A program made the position numbers and the translations under genes. 64,000 bases of DNA from Anaerolineaceae bacterium (GTDB taxonomy: Bacteria; Chloroflexota; Anaerolineae; Anaerolineales; Anaerolineaceae): positions 1 through 64,000 of the forward strand of contig JBAQLH010000021.1 of the NCBI GenBank assembly GCA_049301715.1, in the 5' to 3' direction. The notes under the pieces were generated by a model. The model did not search any database, was not told the origin of the DNA, and saw nothing but the letters and a program-made list of their open reading frames with translations. How positions within the stretch are numbered: position 1 is the first letter of the stretch; each line of letters opens with the position of its first letter. This document shows, in pieces, positions 46,593 to 58,715 of this stretch.

Positions 46593-47669
46593 ATGTCAAC
46601 TTTTGTGGTTATCTTGCAATTCGTGTTTGTTTTCGGGTTGTTAATCTTTTTTCATGAGCTTGGTCATTTCCTGGCTTCAAAGGCTTTGGGTATAGAAATC
46701 GAAGAGTTCGGTTTTGGCTATCCGCCCCGCCTGGTCAAACTTTTTACCTGGAAAGGCACTGAGGTAACGCTTAACTGGATCCCCTTCGGCGGCTTTGTCC
46801 GGCCCAAAGGGGAAGGCGATGAAAATGTCGAAGGAGGCATGTCCGCTGCCCCAGCCTGGAAGCGTTTGATCATTCTGCTTTCTGGTCCCACGATGAACTT
46901 TATCGTCGGCATTATCGTCCTGATCGTGATGTATGCTGCTGTCGGCACTCCCGTTTCAAACCAGGTCTTGATCACTGATATCGCCCCCAACTCACCCGCC
47001 CAAACCAGCAATTTACAAATTGGGGATGTCATCACCGGCATCAACAAAAAAGAGCTGACTGATATCGACCAAATGCAAACCTTGATCCAGGAAAATCTGG
47101 GCAAAGAAATCAGTCTGACCGTATCGAGGGATGATGAGACCTTGATTGTAGAGCTTACTCCACGCCTCAATCCGCCTGAAGGCGAAGGTTCCGTTGGGAT
47201 TTGGTATACCAACGCTTACGAACCCATGCCCTTTACTAATGCACTTGGTTCTGCTTTCGACACCTTTGGTTACCAGGCAAAGGAAACACTCATGCTGCCG
47301 ATCAACCTGATCAATGGCTCTGTCTCCGGGGAGGAAGCCCGTGTGATTGGTCTTAAGGGCATTTTTGATATCTTCAGCAACGCCAGCGAGATGGATGCAA
47401 GCGGCCCAGTGGCTGCCGCCACACCGTTACCCATCTATCGGCTTTCGGTGATTTCTACCGTTTCAATTGCACTTGGGCTGACCAACCTTTTGCCTATCCC
47501 TGCCCTGGATGGCGGTCAAATCTTTTTAATGCTGCCAGAATTGTTTTTCAAGAAGCGCATTCCTCAGAGTGTACTGAATACAATTAACTCGGTGTTTTTC
47601 TTCCTGTTAATCCTCCTGATGGTCTATATTAATGTGCAAGACTTTGTAAACCCTATTCTCCAGCCTTGA
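46593..47669 (+). CDS. rseP: RIP site-2 zinc metalloprotease (M50 family)
   Basis: ATG at 46593 with GAGGAG SD and a TATAAT just upstream. HELGH zinc motif in TM1. PDZ domain. C-terminal LDGG motif. Confidence 0.85.
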   Translation: MSTFVVILQFVFVFGLLIFFHELGHFLASKALGIEIEEFGFGYPPRLVKLFTWKGTEVTLNWIPFGGFVRPKGEGDENVEGGMSAAPAWKRLIILLSGPTMNFIVGIIVLIVMYAAVGTPVSNQVLITDIAPNSPAQTSNLQIGDVITGINKKELTDIDQMQTLIQENLGKEISLTVSRDDETLIVELTPRLNPPEGEGSVGIWYTNAYEPMPFTNALGSAFDTFGYQAKETLMLPINLINGSVSGEEARVIGLKGIFDIFSNASEMDASGPVAAATPLPIYRLSVISTVSIALGLTNLLPIPALDGGQIFLMLPELFFKKRIPQSVLNTINSVFFFLLILLMVYINVQDFVNPILQP

Positions 47670-47683
47670 ACGAGGAGTTATTA

Positions 47684-48868
47684 ATGGGACAAAACAGCAA
47701 CATCCAAGAGGTTATCAAGCACCTGCTGGATCAGAAAAACCCTTTTCCAGCCACAATGCTTTACCAGCTTTCAGATTTGAGCCGGGAGGACTGCCGTGCC
47801 TTGCGTGGGGTGTGGAATAACCTGCCCCTGACCCGCCGTCGATCTTTAATGGAGGATCTGGTTAACCTCTCCGAGAGCGACCATCTTCTGATGTTCGAGG
47901 AAGTCGGTAAAATCGCCTTGGACGATCCTGATCCGGAGGTGCTGATTTCTGCCATTGACCTGCTTTTTCAGGCAGAAGACGAGCACCTTGTACCTGTTTT
48001 CCTGAAACTGCTCCAGCAGCCTCAACAGAATGACCGGGTTAGGGCGGCCGCAGCCAATGCGCTTGGACCCTATGTTTTTTTAGGTGAGATTGAGGAACTG
48101 CAACCTGAATTACTTCGAACCATCGAAGATGCCCTGCTCAAAGCTTACGCTGAAGATGTTTCAGACCTGGTTCGCCGGCGGGCACTCGAATCACTGGGGT
48201 ATTCCAGCCGAGAGGAAGTCCCTCCTTTGCTGCGCTCTGCCAGTGCCAGCCCTGAAGCTGCCTGGATTGAAAGTGCCATGTTTGCCATGGGCAAATCCGC
48301 AGATGATCAATGGCAGGATCTGGTCTTGGACAACCTGGATCATGAAGACTTGAATGTACGTATTCAAGCGATTCATGCTGCCGGGGAATTATCTTTAAAT
48401 CAAGCCCGCCAAAGTCTTATAAAGGTTTTAAACCAAGAATTGATCGACCAGGATATCCGCCACAAAGCCATCTGGGCGCTTTCCCAGATCGGCGGGGAAG
48501 ATATCGAAAGCCTGTTTGAACGTCTGTTGGAAGAAACAGGTGATGAAGATGAGATGGAGCTACTTGAAGAATCCCTGGATGAACTCAACTTTACCAACGA
48601 TAAAGCCAATTTTGACCTGCTTGACGTAGAATTCCAGGATTTGTATGGCGGTATCGATCATAATCACCATCATGCCGAAGAGGAGGATCTGGATGACGCC
48701 GAAGACCTGGAACAGAATGAAGATGAAACCTTTGACCGCCATTCCAAAGGTTATGACCAGGAGGGATGGCAGCGTTATGTTGATGACGATGACGATAATC
48801 TTGTGGATGATGAAGAATTCGATGACTTCGATGAACAGGATGATTCCGAAGAAGATATCGAATATTGA
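47684..48868 (+). CDS. HEAT-repeat protein with ~90-aa poly-acidic C-terminal tail
   Basis: ATG at 47684 with GAGGAG SD. Repeated HEAT/PBS-lyase-like units (VRxxAxxALG). C-terminus runs HHHAEEEDLDDAEDLEQNEDE...DDDDDNLVDDEEFDDFDEQDDSEEDIEY. Confidence 0.7.
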   Translation: MGQNSNIQEVIKHLLDQKNPFPATMLYQLSDLSREDCRALRGVWNNLPLTRRRSLMEDLVNLSESDHLLMFEEVGKIALDDPDPEVLISAIDLLFQAEDEHLVPVFLKLLQQPQQNDRVRAAAANALGPYVFLGEIEELQPELLRTIEDALLKAYAEDVSDLVRRRALESLGYSSREEVPPLLRSASASPEAAWIESAMFAMGKSADDQWQDLVLDNLDHEDLNVRIQAIHAAGELSLNQARQSLIKVLNQELIDQDIRHKAIWALSQIGGEDIESLFERLLEETGDEDEMELLEESLDELNFTNDKANFDLLDVEFQDLYGGIDHNHHHAEEEDLDDAEDLEQNEDETFDRHSKGYDQEGWQRYVDDDDDNLVDDEEFDDFDEQDDSEEDIEY

Positions 48869-48906
48869 GTGGTCTTTCCAGATATAAACTGCCCTTAAGA
48901 ACACCG

Positions 48907-49206
48907 ATGGAATTCCCCCACGATAAAGTTGAACGCCTGCATGCCCTTATTGAAGGGCACGTACAAGGGGTAGGCTACCGTTATTTTGCGATGGAGCGGG
49001 CACAGAGGCTCAGGCTGACCGGCTGGGTCCGCAATCTTGCTACGGGTGAAGTGGAAGTGGAGGCAGAAGGACCAACCTCAGATTTAGAATTATTTCTCGA
49101 GGAACTTAAACAGGGACCTGCCGGCTCTTCAGTCCGTCAGGTCAGGGAAGAATGGAACCCTGCCACCGCTGAAGACTACACTTTCCGGGTGCGTGTTTAC
49201 GATTAG
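48907..49206 (+). CDS. acyP: acylphosphatase
   Basis: VQGVGYRYF...GWVRNLATGEVEVEAEG signature. ~99 aa from the ATG at 48907. Confidence 0.75.
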   Translation: MEFPHDKVERLHALIEGHVQGVGYRYFAMERAQRLRLTGWVRNLATGEVEVEAEGPTSDLELFLEELKQGPAGSSVRQVREEWNPATAEDYTFRVRVYD

Positions 49207-49209
49207 CGC

Positions 49210-51252
<2,043 letters not shown>

Positions 51253-51585
51253 GGGGTAATTATACCTGTTGGGGAAAGTCAAAAGCCTCTTGGTGAAGAG
51301 ATTATGGGATTCAGTGGTTCTCTTGCACCACTCTTCTGAGTGCCAAGTTCAATGGAAGAGCAAATGCCCTGAATTAACTACCCGCCTTCAATAGAAGGAA
51401 TCAACCCATCGGTATTCATGCCGCTTTTCCTCCCAGCAGAATCACAAATCCCTCATCTTTTGGAACATCATCCCCATTTCTAACACAATTCATAGCATTC
51501 CCACCGTCAGAAGTAAGAAAAACGATTATTATTAGGCGACAGATAAATAATAACCTGTCTTGAGATATAACAATGAAGGAATAAA

Positions 51586-52704
51586 ATGACCAATAACAAG
51601 AAAATCCGTGTGGCAATTATCGGCGTGGGCAATTGCGCCTCCTCCCTCATCCAAGGCGTCCATTATTATAAAGATGTTAAAGAGGACGATCGCGTTCCCG
51701 GCGTGATGCATGTCAATCTGGGCGGCTATCACATCCACGACATTGAATTCTCTGCTGCCTTTGACGTGGTTGACACTAAGGTCGGCAAGGACCTCTCCGA
51801 AGCTATTTACGCTTACCCCAACAACACCTACAAGTTCTGTGATGTTCCCAGGATGAATATCCCAGTGCACCGGGGGATGACCCATGATGGCCTGGGCAAG
51901 TACTTGTCCACCATTCTGAAAAAAGCGCCGGGCCCCACGGATGATATTGTCGGCATTCTCAAGGAAACCAAGACGGACATGATTATTAATTATCTGCCAG
52001 TTGGTTCCGAGATGGCTACCAAATGGTACATGGAACAAGCCATTGAAGCCGGTGTGGGTGTGATCAATTGCATCCCGGTTTTTATTTCCAGCTCAGAGTA
52101 TTGGGCAGAGCGTTTCCGCCAGCATGGGCTTCCAATCATTGGCGATGACATCAAGAGCCAGGTAGGCGCTACCATCACCCACCGAGTGCTGACCAGTCTG
52201 TTTGTGGATCGTGGCGTCAAGCTTGATCATACCTACCAGCTCAACTTCGGCGGCAATACCGACTTCATGAACATGCTGGAACGAGAACGGCTGGAATCCA
52301 AGAAAATCTCCAAAACCGGTGCTGTCACCAGCATGCTGCCTTACAAGATGGATCCAGATGACATCCATGTTGGACCGAGTGATTATGTGCCCTGGCTGAC
52401 TGACCGTAAATTCTGCTACATTCGCATGGAAGGTACCACTTTTGGCGATGTGCCGCTCAACCTGGAATGCAAGTTGGAAGTTTGGGATTCACCCAACTCG
52501 GCTGGTGTGGTCATTGATGCCATCCGCTGCCTAAAGTTGGCGCTGGATCGCGGCATCAGCGGTCCTGTGATCGAGCCGGCTTCCTACTTTATGAAGACCC
52601 CACCCGTACAGTTTAAGGATGACCTGGCACATGAAAAAACTGAAGCCTTCATCCGGGGGGAAGGGTATCCGGAAACAATTCCTGCCAGCGAGAATCCCAA
52701 TTGA
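51586..52704 (+). CDS. ino1: myo-inositol-1-phosphate synthase
   Basis: N-terminal Rossmann motif [16 protein letters not shown] and conserved MIPS core blocks. GAAGGAA SD. Confidence 0.85.
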   Translation: MTNNKKIRVAIIGVGNCASSLIQGVHYYKDVKEDDRVPGVMHVNLGGYHIHDIEFSAAFDVVDTKVGKDLSEAIYAYPNNTYKFCDVPRMNIPVHRGMTHDGLGKYLSTILKKAPGPTDDIVGILKETKTDMIINYLPVGSEMATKWYMEQAIEAGVGVINCIPVFISSSEYWAERFRQHGLPIIGDDIKSQVGATITHRVLTSLFVDRGVKLDHTYQLNFGGNTDFMNMLERERLESKKISKTGAVTSMLPYKMDPDDIHVGPSDYVPWLTDRKFCYIRMEGTTFGDVPLNLECKLEVWDSPNSAGVVIDAIRCLKLALDRGISGPVIEPASYFMKTPPVQFKDDLAHEKTEAFIRGEGYPETIPASENPN

Positions 52705-53168
52705 TTGTCAGCACTCCACTGGTGATGGTCATGGATCAACTGCCCAAAGAGAAACAGCAATTTATCAATACTTTCCTGGAGGCTCCCCGCCTTGCCAGGA
52801 TGGCTACGGCGGACTGGCAAAGACAGCCCCATGTGGTCCCAGTCTGGTATGCCTGGGATGGCGAAAGCCTGTGGATCAGTGCCTTTGCCGAGACACGCAA
52901 GATCAAGGACCTGGGGGAAAACCCACTCATTAGCATCGCCATCGATGAGGTTGATGCTAAAGGAAAAACCAACGCGGTCATCCTGGAGGGCAAGGTGGAA
53001 TTACTGAGAGAACCAAAGGAATTTGTCCGAAAACAGTACCTTTGGATTTACACCCGTTATCTTGGTGAAGAGCATGTTTTGGAAAAAACCTACCAGGATT
53101 GGATTGTGGATCCGCTAAATACACTGGTGAAGTTGACCCCCCAGAAGATTTTCACTTGGAGTTGGTAA
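52701..53168 (+). CDS. pyridoxamine 5'-phosphate oxidase-family (FMN-binding split-barrel) protein
   Basis: 155 aa with a PNPOx-like pattern ([31 protein letters not shown]). 4-nt overlap with ino1. Confidence 0.6.
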   Translation: MIVSTPLVMVMDQLPKEKQQFINTFLEAPRLARMATADWQRQPHVVPVWYAWDGESLWISAFAETRKIKDLGENPLISIAIDEVDAKGKTNAVILEGKVELLREPKEFVRKQYLWIYTRYLGEEHVLEKTYQDWIVDPLNTLVKLTPQKIFTWSW

Positions 53169-53464
53169 TTCTGCAAAATGCAAGTAACAGGGCAAACTGA
53201 ATCCCGGGTGGCCCTGTTTTAATTTATAGTGGTAATTAATGGGGGAATATAAGCATTTAAGTGTTGTGTACCTGTATTCAAGAAATCCTGGTCAGCATCC
53301 GACCTAAAGGTCATACCTAGAACTCTCGCAGCAATTGATCAACGATCTCTGGTCCAGATGGGTTGGTGTTAAGTGGGTAAGGAAGACCAGAAAGCCCTGT
53401 ATTGACCCCCAGCAAAACCCAAAATATTGTCAGGCAAATTTCACGGTTTGATCCTGACAGAAAT

Positions 53465-53665
53465 AAGAGAGGATCGAATAAAAGAAGTTCGCTAACGACA
53501 GTCTGCATTGAGGCGTCGGGTTTCGCTGAAGATAATGAATTTTGGAAGGCTGCTGAAACCTGAAAGTGTCTACTTATAATGGGTACAGTTTGTGGGGTTT
53601 GACAGGGGGCAAGCCCCGCTCAACACCAACCTATAGTGTCCTGAACAGATTGACCTTGAGCGGGT
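53465..53665 (+). repeat. copy B (expanded) of the conserved intergenic element, candidate sRNA 5' domain
   Basis: AAGAGAGGATCGAAT at 53465. GTCGGGTTTCG at 53515. TTTGTGG at 53589. CCCCGCTCAACACCAACCTATAGTGTC at 53614-53640, closed by TTGAGCGGG at 53655-53663. A strong terminator lies 45 nt downstream. Confidence 0.5.
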
Positions 53666-53707
53666 AAGTACTGGCGAGAGGGAGCTCCTTCGGAACGCAA
53701 ATTTAAA

Positions 53708-53750
53708 CCTGAAGCTGCCCATCCAAATGAGCAGCTTCAGGATATTTTTA
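53708..53750. terminator. strong bidirectional intrinsic terminator
   Basis: CCTGAAGCTGC-N12-GCAGCTTCAGG followed by ATATTTTTA on the plus strand; U/A-rich on the minus strand, downstream of sodA. 540 nt from the nearest upstream plus-strand CDS. Confidence 0.65.
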
Positions 53751-53774
53751 CCTTCTCAAGCAAATCCTGGCAAA

Positions 53775-54407
53775 TTACGCCGGGATATTCTTTAAAGCGA
53801 ACTCCCAATTGATGATCTTATCCAAAACCGCCTCAACATAAGCTTGCCTTTTATTCTGGTAATCCAGATAATAAGCATGCTCCCATACGTCCACAGTCAG
53901 CACTGGCTTACGGCCATCCAGCCAGGGAACCACAGCATTGGAGGTTTTATCGATCACCAATTTGCTGCCATCCCATAACAGCCAAGCCCAACCACTGCCA
54001 AACTGTGCTAAGGCTGCATCGGTGAACTGCTTCTTGAAAGCTTCCACATTCCCGAAGCTTTCTTGAATTAGTCTTTCGAATTCGACTGGCATTTTCGATT
54101 TTGCTGGAGCAGTCAGGCTGTTCCAATAGAAATTGTGGTTCCAAACTTGCGCGGCATTGTTGAAAATGGCAGGTTTCCCCTCTTTATTGGCAGCCGCAAT
54201 GACCATTTCAAGGCAGTGACCTTCCTGTTCAGTTCCTGCAATCAGACTGAGCAGTTTGTCGACATAAGCCTTATGGTGTTTGCCATAATGAAAACTGATC
54301 GTATTCGCTGAAATGACCGGTTCCAAGGCATTGTCAGCAAAGGGTAATGGGGGTAATTCCACCGGCGTACAGGTTCCGAGTGGGTTGGCTGAATCTATTG
54401 GCATCAT
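53775..54407 (-). CDS. sodA: Fe/Mn superoxide dismutase
   Basis: HYGKHHKAYV and DVWEHAYYLDYQNKR signatures. AAGAGGA SD. About 14 extra N-terminal residues relative to the canonical start. Confidence 0.85.
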   Translation of the reverse strand: MMPIDSANPLGTCTPVELPPLPFADNALEPVISANTISFHYGKHHKAYVDKLLSLIAGTEQEGHCLEMVIAAANKEGKPAIFNNAAQVWNHNFYWNSLTAPAKSKMPVEFERLIQESFGNVEAFKKQFTDAALAQFGSGWAWLLWDGSKLVIDKTSNAVVPWLDGRKPVLTVDVWEHAYYLDYQNKRQAYVEAVLDKIINWEFALKNIPA

Positions 54408-54623
54408 ATATCCTCTTTTCTTTGATTTTTTGGTTGCCTGTCCTATGCATTAAACAGGTTCCCTTGAACAACCTTAAAATTTGAAACTTACAGTCTTACT
54501 CAAACTTACTTTAATATTACATTAGCAGCGCCATCTTTCCAAAGCCTGTGTACAACTCCCCCTGAAATCCCTTAACGATGGCGGGATTGTTCACATTCAA
54601 AACTGACGTGTTTCCCTGCCCGT

Positions 54624-55043
54624 TCACTCACCGATAATTTTGATCAACACCCGCTTGGGCCTGCACCCGTCAAATTCGCCATAAAATATTTGCTCCCAGG
54701 TGCCGAAATCCAAGCGACCGGCCGTGATTGCCACCACCACCTCACGCCCCATCACCTGGCGCTTCATGTGGGCATCGGCGTTATCCTCACCGGTGCGGTT
54801 ATGCTGGTATTGACTGGTAGGGGCATGCGGTGCCAGCCGTTCCAGCCAGGCATCGTAATCCTGATGCAAACCGGACTCATCATCGTTGATAAAAACCGAG
54901 GCGGTAATGTGCATGGGGTTGACCAACACCAGCCCCTCCATTACCGCGCTCTCGCGGATTGCTTGCTGGACTTCCCCAGTAATATTTACAAACCCGCGCC
55001 GGGTTGGGACGTTCATGAGAATCTCTTTGCGAAAGCTTTTCAT
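54624..55043 (-). CDS. yjbQ: YjbQ/UPF0047 family protein (secondary thiamine-phosphate synthase-like)
   Basis: 139 aa with the YjbQ conserved pattern ([19 protein letters not shown]...[10 protein letters not shown]...[13 protein letters not shown]). Confidence 0.7.
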   Translation of the reverse strand: MKSFRKEILMNVPTRRGFVNITGEVQQAIRESAVMEGLVLVNPMHITASVFINDDESGLHQDYDAWLERLAPHAPTSQYQHNRTGEDNADAHMKRQVMGREVVVAITAGRLDFGTWEQIFYGEFDGCRPKRVLIKIIGE

Positions 55044-56491
55044 ACTTGTTCTCCTGCCGGGTCTTTTTGATCAACTGTTTGCTGGGCGTCCAGTTTCATC
55101 TTCTTTTCAGCGTGCATCTGCAAAATGGTTTCCTTGACTTCGGTCAGCCTCTTTCCCTTCAAAGGATACCAGTGCAGCACCACGGCACCGATCAGCATGG
55201 CGATACCTGGAATCAGCCCCACAATGGAGCGGATCCCAAACAGGGCACTGTCAGACTGGTCTAGAAAAATAGCGCCGCCATTGGATTCCCGGGTGACAAA
55301 GCTTGCGGCTGCCAGGATGGCAGCTGTCAGGGTGCCAGCCAGGGATTGAGCAGGCTTGGTAACAAGGGCATTGGCTCCCAGGAATGAACCTTCCCGGCGA
55401 ACCCCTGTACGGACTTCATCTTCATCAATAACCTGCCCTAAGAGCAGGTAAGTCACCACCTGAACACCTGAATAACCAAAACCGACCAAGGCAATACCTA
55501 CCGGGATAAGATTAGCAGGCAGGAAAGCTACCGAAACAAGGCCCAACCCTGTGATTACCAGGTAAATCTGCATGGTAACAACTGCCTCATACTTCTTCAG
55601 CACAATCTGCGTCAGGGGTACGCCAATAGCCAGCGGAATAAATAGTGCCGCCAACAGTTGGATCGTGCCAGTACGGGTAACATAATCTGCCAGGTAAAAA
55701 ATGGATCCCATGCAAATCGAGAACATGAAAGTACACATGAAATTCGCGATCACAAAAACAATGAAGGATTTGCTGGTAAAGGTATATTTCAGAGCTGGCC
55801 ACCAGGGGATAGCTTGATCGACCTGGCTGAATTCCTGGCGTTCCTTTAATTTGTAAGTAGCCAGAATGATCAAGAAGGCTGCGATAATTCCAACAGCGAC
55901 CATGGAAAGACGCAAACTGAACAACGAAGTATCCAGCGCACCTTCCTTTGGTCGAAAGAAGTCCGGGATCAGGAAACCGATCAGGGTTCCCAGCAGCCCA
56001 AACATGCTCGAGGATACAGAAAGCTTCCCACGTTCCACATCCGATTCGCTCAGTTCAGGCAACAAGGCACCATGGACCAGCCCAATAATCGTATAACAAG
56101 TATCATAAAGGAGCATTGTCACAAGCATCCAGGCAAACTTGCTTGCCTCTGGTGCATTTTCTGGGGCTAACCAAACCATTATGAAAGTCAATCCCAAGAA
56201 AGGAGCAGTGAAGCGCAGGTAAGGGATGCGGCGGCCAAGCTTAGTGTGGGTGCGATCAGTGATTTGACCAAATATCGGGTCGTTCAGTGCATTCCAGATG
56301 GCATAAATAAAGAAGGCAATGCTGATCCACCTGGCTCCCAATCCCAGGTAATCCTGGTAGTAAATGGTGAGCATGGCGCTGTAAATGCCTGAAACAGTGG
56401 CTGAGCCCAATGCTGCAAGCCCGTAATAGAATTTGGTGGAAGATGAGAGTTGGACAGGTTGGGGATTTGGTGTATTGCTGAATTCAGTCAT
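55040..56491 (-). CDS. MFS transporter, glycoside-pentoside-hexuronide (GPH):cation symporter family
   Basis: 483 aa with 12 predicted TM helices. GPH-like N-terminal block (YGLAALG...YYQDYLGL). 4-nt overlap with yjbQ. Confidence 0.7.
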   Translation of the reverse strand: MTEFSNTPNPQPVQLSSSTKFYYGLAALGSATVSGIYSAMLTIYYQDYLGLGARWISIAFFIYAIWNALNDPIFGQITDRTHTKLGRRIPYLRFTAPFLGLTFIMVWLAPENAPEASKFAWMLVTMLLYDTCYTIIGLVHGALLPELSESDVERGKLSVSSSMFGLLGTLIGFLIPDFFRPKEGALDTSLFSLRLSMVAVGIIAAFLIILATYKLKERQEFSQVDQAIPWWPALKYTFTSKSFIVFVIANFMCTFMFSICMGSIFYLADYVTRTGTIQLLAALFIPLAIGVPLTQIVLKKYEAVVTMQIYLVITGLGLVSVAFLPANLIPVGIALVGFGYSGVQVVTYLLLGQVIDEDEVRTGVRREGSFLGANALVTKPAQSLAGTLTAAILAAASFVTRESNGGAIFLDQSDSALFGIRSIVGLIPGIAMLIGAVVLHWYPLKGKRLTEVKETILQMHAEKKMKLDAQQTVDQKDPAGEQV

Positions 56492-56917
56492 GCAACCTCC
56501 CGGGAATAATCGATGATAGTTAATTTTACCCGAAACCTGTCTGTTATTTGGAGATATTAGTATTTCCCGAATAAAGTCACTAATTCACTTCCCAAAGTCA
56601 TGTCATAAGCATCCAGACCTGGTTGGCAGGTACTCTTTATGAATGTTTTCCTGGTTGTCCTCCTAAACAAGTCGGTTTTTCTAATTATCCTTTTCTCAGA
56701 GGGCAGCACTCGCTCAATGCTGCCTGAAAGCATATTGCTGCCAACTCTTCATCGACTTCCGTAATATCTGATGTAAATGGCAGCAGCCTACCTCCACCTA
56801 ACAAGCCAGTTTCTAAAGTTATCCACCCTGTTTGGTATGCTAATTGCAGTTTACGTTTGAAGGTATACTTATATAAATATTAGCAAAGCGCTTAAACCTT
56901 TTTGACTAAACAAACGA

Positions 56918-57958
56918 ATGGCTGCCTTCGAAACTCAAACACCACCACCAAAAACGAAGATTTGGCGTTACCTGATCATTATCGTCGTGCTTGGTTTGGC
57001 TGTTTACCTGCTTCTCCCCCAAATATCAGACCTGAAAGAATCCTGGGAGGTGGTCAAGCAGTTAACCTGGTGGATAGTCGGTCTGGCTGTCTTTGCTGAG
57101 GTCATCAGTTATCTGGGATACGGTTACAGCATTCATTCCATTGCAGCACTTCGTAATCAAAAAATTTCCACCCCCAAGGGCACTCTGATTGTTATGTCTG
57201 CTACCAGCCTCGGTTTGGTGGCTGGCGGTTGGTTTACTTCAACCGGGTCGATCATCGGTTCTGTAAAAAAGCAGACAGGTGATGGCAGCACCGCCACCAT
57301 GGCGGGAATATTACCCTCCATGTTTTTGAATGTTGGCATTGGAATAATCGCTGTAGCTGGGATCATTTATTTGAAGGTCCAGGATCAATTAACCTCAAGC
57401 CAGTTGATCCAATACCTGGTCTTTCTACTGATCCTGACATTTAATACCTTCGGATCGTTGATCGCACTGGCATATCCCAAGCAAACTTACAACGTAGTCA
57501 ACTGGGCGCTCTGGCATGTGGCAAAATGGCGCAAAAAACCTTACGATCCTCAAAACACAAAGGAAACCGTCGACGGTTACATCATGGCTTGGAAAGGTCT
57601 GGCAAAGGGAAATTGGCATAAACCCTTGCTGGGAGCATTAATCTATGTCTTCTTTGATATGCTGGCAATGTATTTTCTGTTCCTGGCAGCCGGGTATAAA
57701 GCCTATGCCGGTGTGTTGTTTGCCGGCTATGGGCTGCCCTACCTGATAAGCAAGATCGCCTTTATATTCCCGGGTGGCATTGGCGTGATTGAAGCTTCCA
57801 TGGCAGCCATTTTCACCAGCCTGGGTGTGCCCAATGAGATCAGTGTCGTGGTAATCCTGAGTTACCGCCTGTTATCCTTCTGGATACCGATCGTATTGGG
57901 CTTTGTGTCAATGGGCTATCTGAGCCGGGATAAGACCCTGAAAAAATCGAAGGCCTGA
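56918..57958 (+). CDS. UPF0104 / lysylphosphatidylglycerol-synthase-TM-like (flippase-like) membrane protein
   Basis: 346 aa, about 8 TM helices. N-terminal YLLLPQISDLKESWEVVKQL block typical of this family. Confidence 0.55.
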   Translation: MAAFETQTPPPKTKIWRYLIIIVVLGLAVYLLLPQISDLKESWEVVKQLTWWIVGLAVFAEVISYLGYGYSIHSIAALRNQKISTPKGTLIVMSATSLGLVAGGWFTSTGSIIGSVKKQTGDGSTATMAGILPSMFLNVGIGIIAVAGIIYLKVQDQLTSSQLIQYLVFLLILTFNTFGSLIALAYPKQTYNVVNWALWHVAKWRKKPYDPQNTKETVDGYIMAWKGLAKGNWHKPLLGALIYVFFDMLAMYFLFLAAGYKAYAGVLFAGYGLPYLISKIAFIFPGGIGVIEASMAAIFTSLGVPNEISVVVILSYRLLSFWIPIVLGFVSMGYLSRDKTLKKSKA

Positions 57959-58089
57959 TAACTTTCCCGGGAAAAGATTACTATACGCATGGTTCTTCGC
58001 TTCACTCCCGCCAGACACATCTGCTTGAAAAATCGGCTCAGGTTCCTTCCAAATATCCTGAAACAGTATTCTGACAAGGAGATAGCGGA

Positions 58090-58608
58090 ATGCCATTTAC
58101 TCCTCTTCATCTTGGCCCAGGGATGGCTGTCAAAGCGGTTGGGCAGGGCAAGTTCAGCCTAATCGTATACGGTTGGGCTCAAGTACTGGTGGATATCCAG
58201 CCGTTGGTGGTGATCCTCTCGGGTGAGGGTCAGCTTCACGGCATCACACATACTTTTGCAGGTGGCGCGGTGCTTGGGGCTGCCGCAGCCCTTTCCGGCA
58301 AGTATTTGGCAGAGTCCCTTCTGAATCTCTTCCGCAAAAAATCCCGTCCGCCAGTTCAGGTCAGTTGGCCCGTGGCCTGGTGGAGCGGTTTGCTGGGCGG
58401 TTTAGGGCATGTTTTGATGGATAGCTTGATCTACTCCGACATGAACCCTTTCTGGCCATTTGTAAAAGGCAATCCACTCTGTACCTTGACAGATTCCCAG
58501 ATGCTGGCATTCTGTCTTTACAGCGGAATGGTTGGTCTGATGGTTTATAGTGCGGTGAAGCTGGTGGAGTCCCTCAAAAAGCGCATTTCCGGGCAGGGTT
58601 TGCGGTAG
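58090..58608 (+). CDS. small polytopic membrane protein, DUF4184-like (putative membrane-bound metal-dependent hydrolase)
   Basis: 172 aa. N-terminus PFTPLHLGPG with His-containing hydrophobic helices. Family assignment from memory only. Confidence 0.35.
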   Translation: MPFTPLHLGPGMAVKAVGQGKFSLIVYGWAQVLVDIQPLVVILSGEGQLHGITHTFAGGAVLGAAAALSGKYLAESLLNLFRKKSRPPVQVSWPVAWWSGLLGGLGHVLMDSLIYSDMNPFWPFVKGNPLCTLTDSQMLAFCLYSGMVGLMVYSAVKLVESLKKRISGQGLR

Positions 58609-58715
58609 ATCTGGCAGCATGCTTCCATTAAGTTGTCATCCCTGCTTGTACACCCACTGTTCTTTCTTCTTGTCAAATCATTATAATTAACCAACCCCAC
58701 AAATAGGAGTGAACT

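Noticed and set aside
53270-53420. Possible SRP (4.5S) RNA in the 600-bp region downstream of the PNPOx-like gene (CCTGGTCAGCATCCGACC … GGTAAGGAAGACCAGAAAGCC)
   Set aside because: The two SRP-like stretches are about 80 nt apart rather than forming the contiguous GGUCCGGAAGGAAGCAGC helix-8 motif. No convincing long hairpin.
53775-54407. 14-residue N-terminal extension on SodA (MMPIDSANPLGTCTPV before the canonical ELPPLPF)
   Set aside because: No alternative in-frame start exists nearer the canonical N-terminus and a good SD precedes the first ATG. It is probably just a lineage-specific extension. Too little to call a targeting signal.
56492-56917. TPP riboswitch upstream of the GPH-transporter / yjbQ pair (CUGAGA preceded by GUGCUGCCCU on the minus strand)
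   Set aside because: Downstream thi-box elements (ACCCUUUGAACCUGAUCUGG…CCAGCGUAGGGAA) are absent. Only a chance CUGAGA match.
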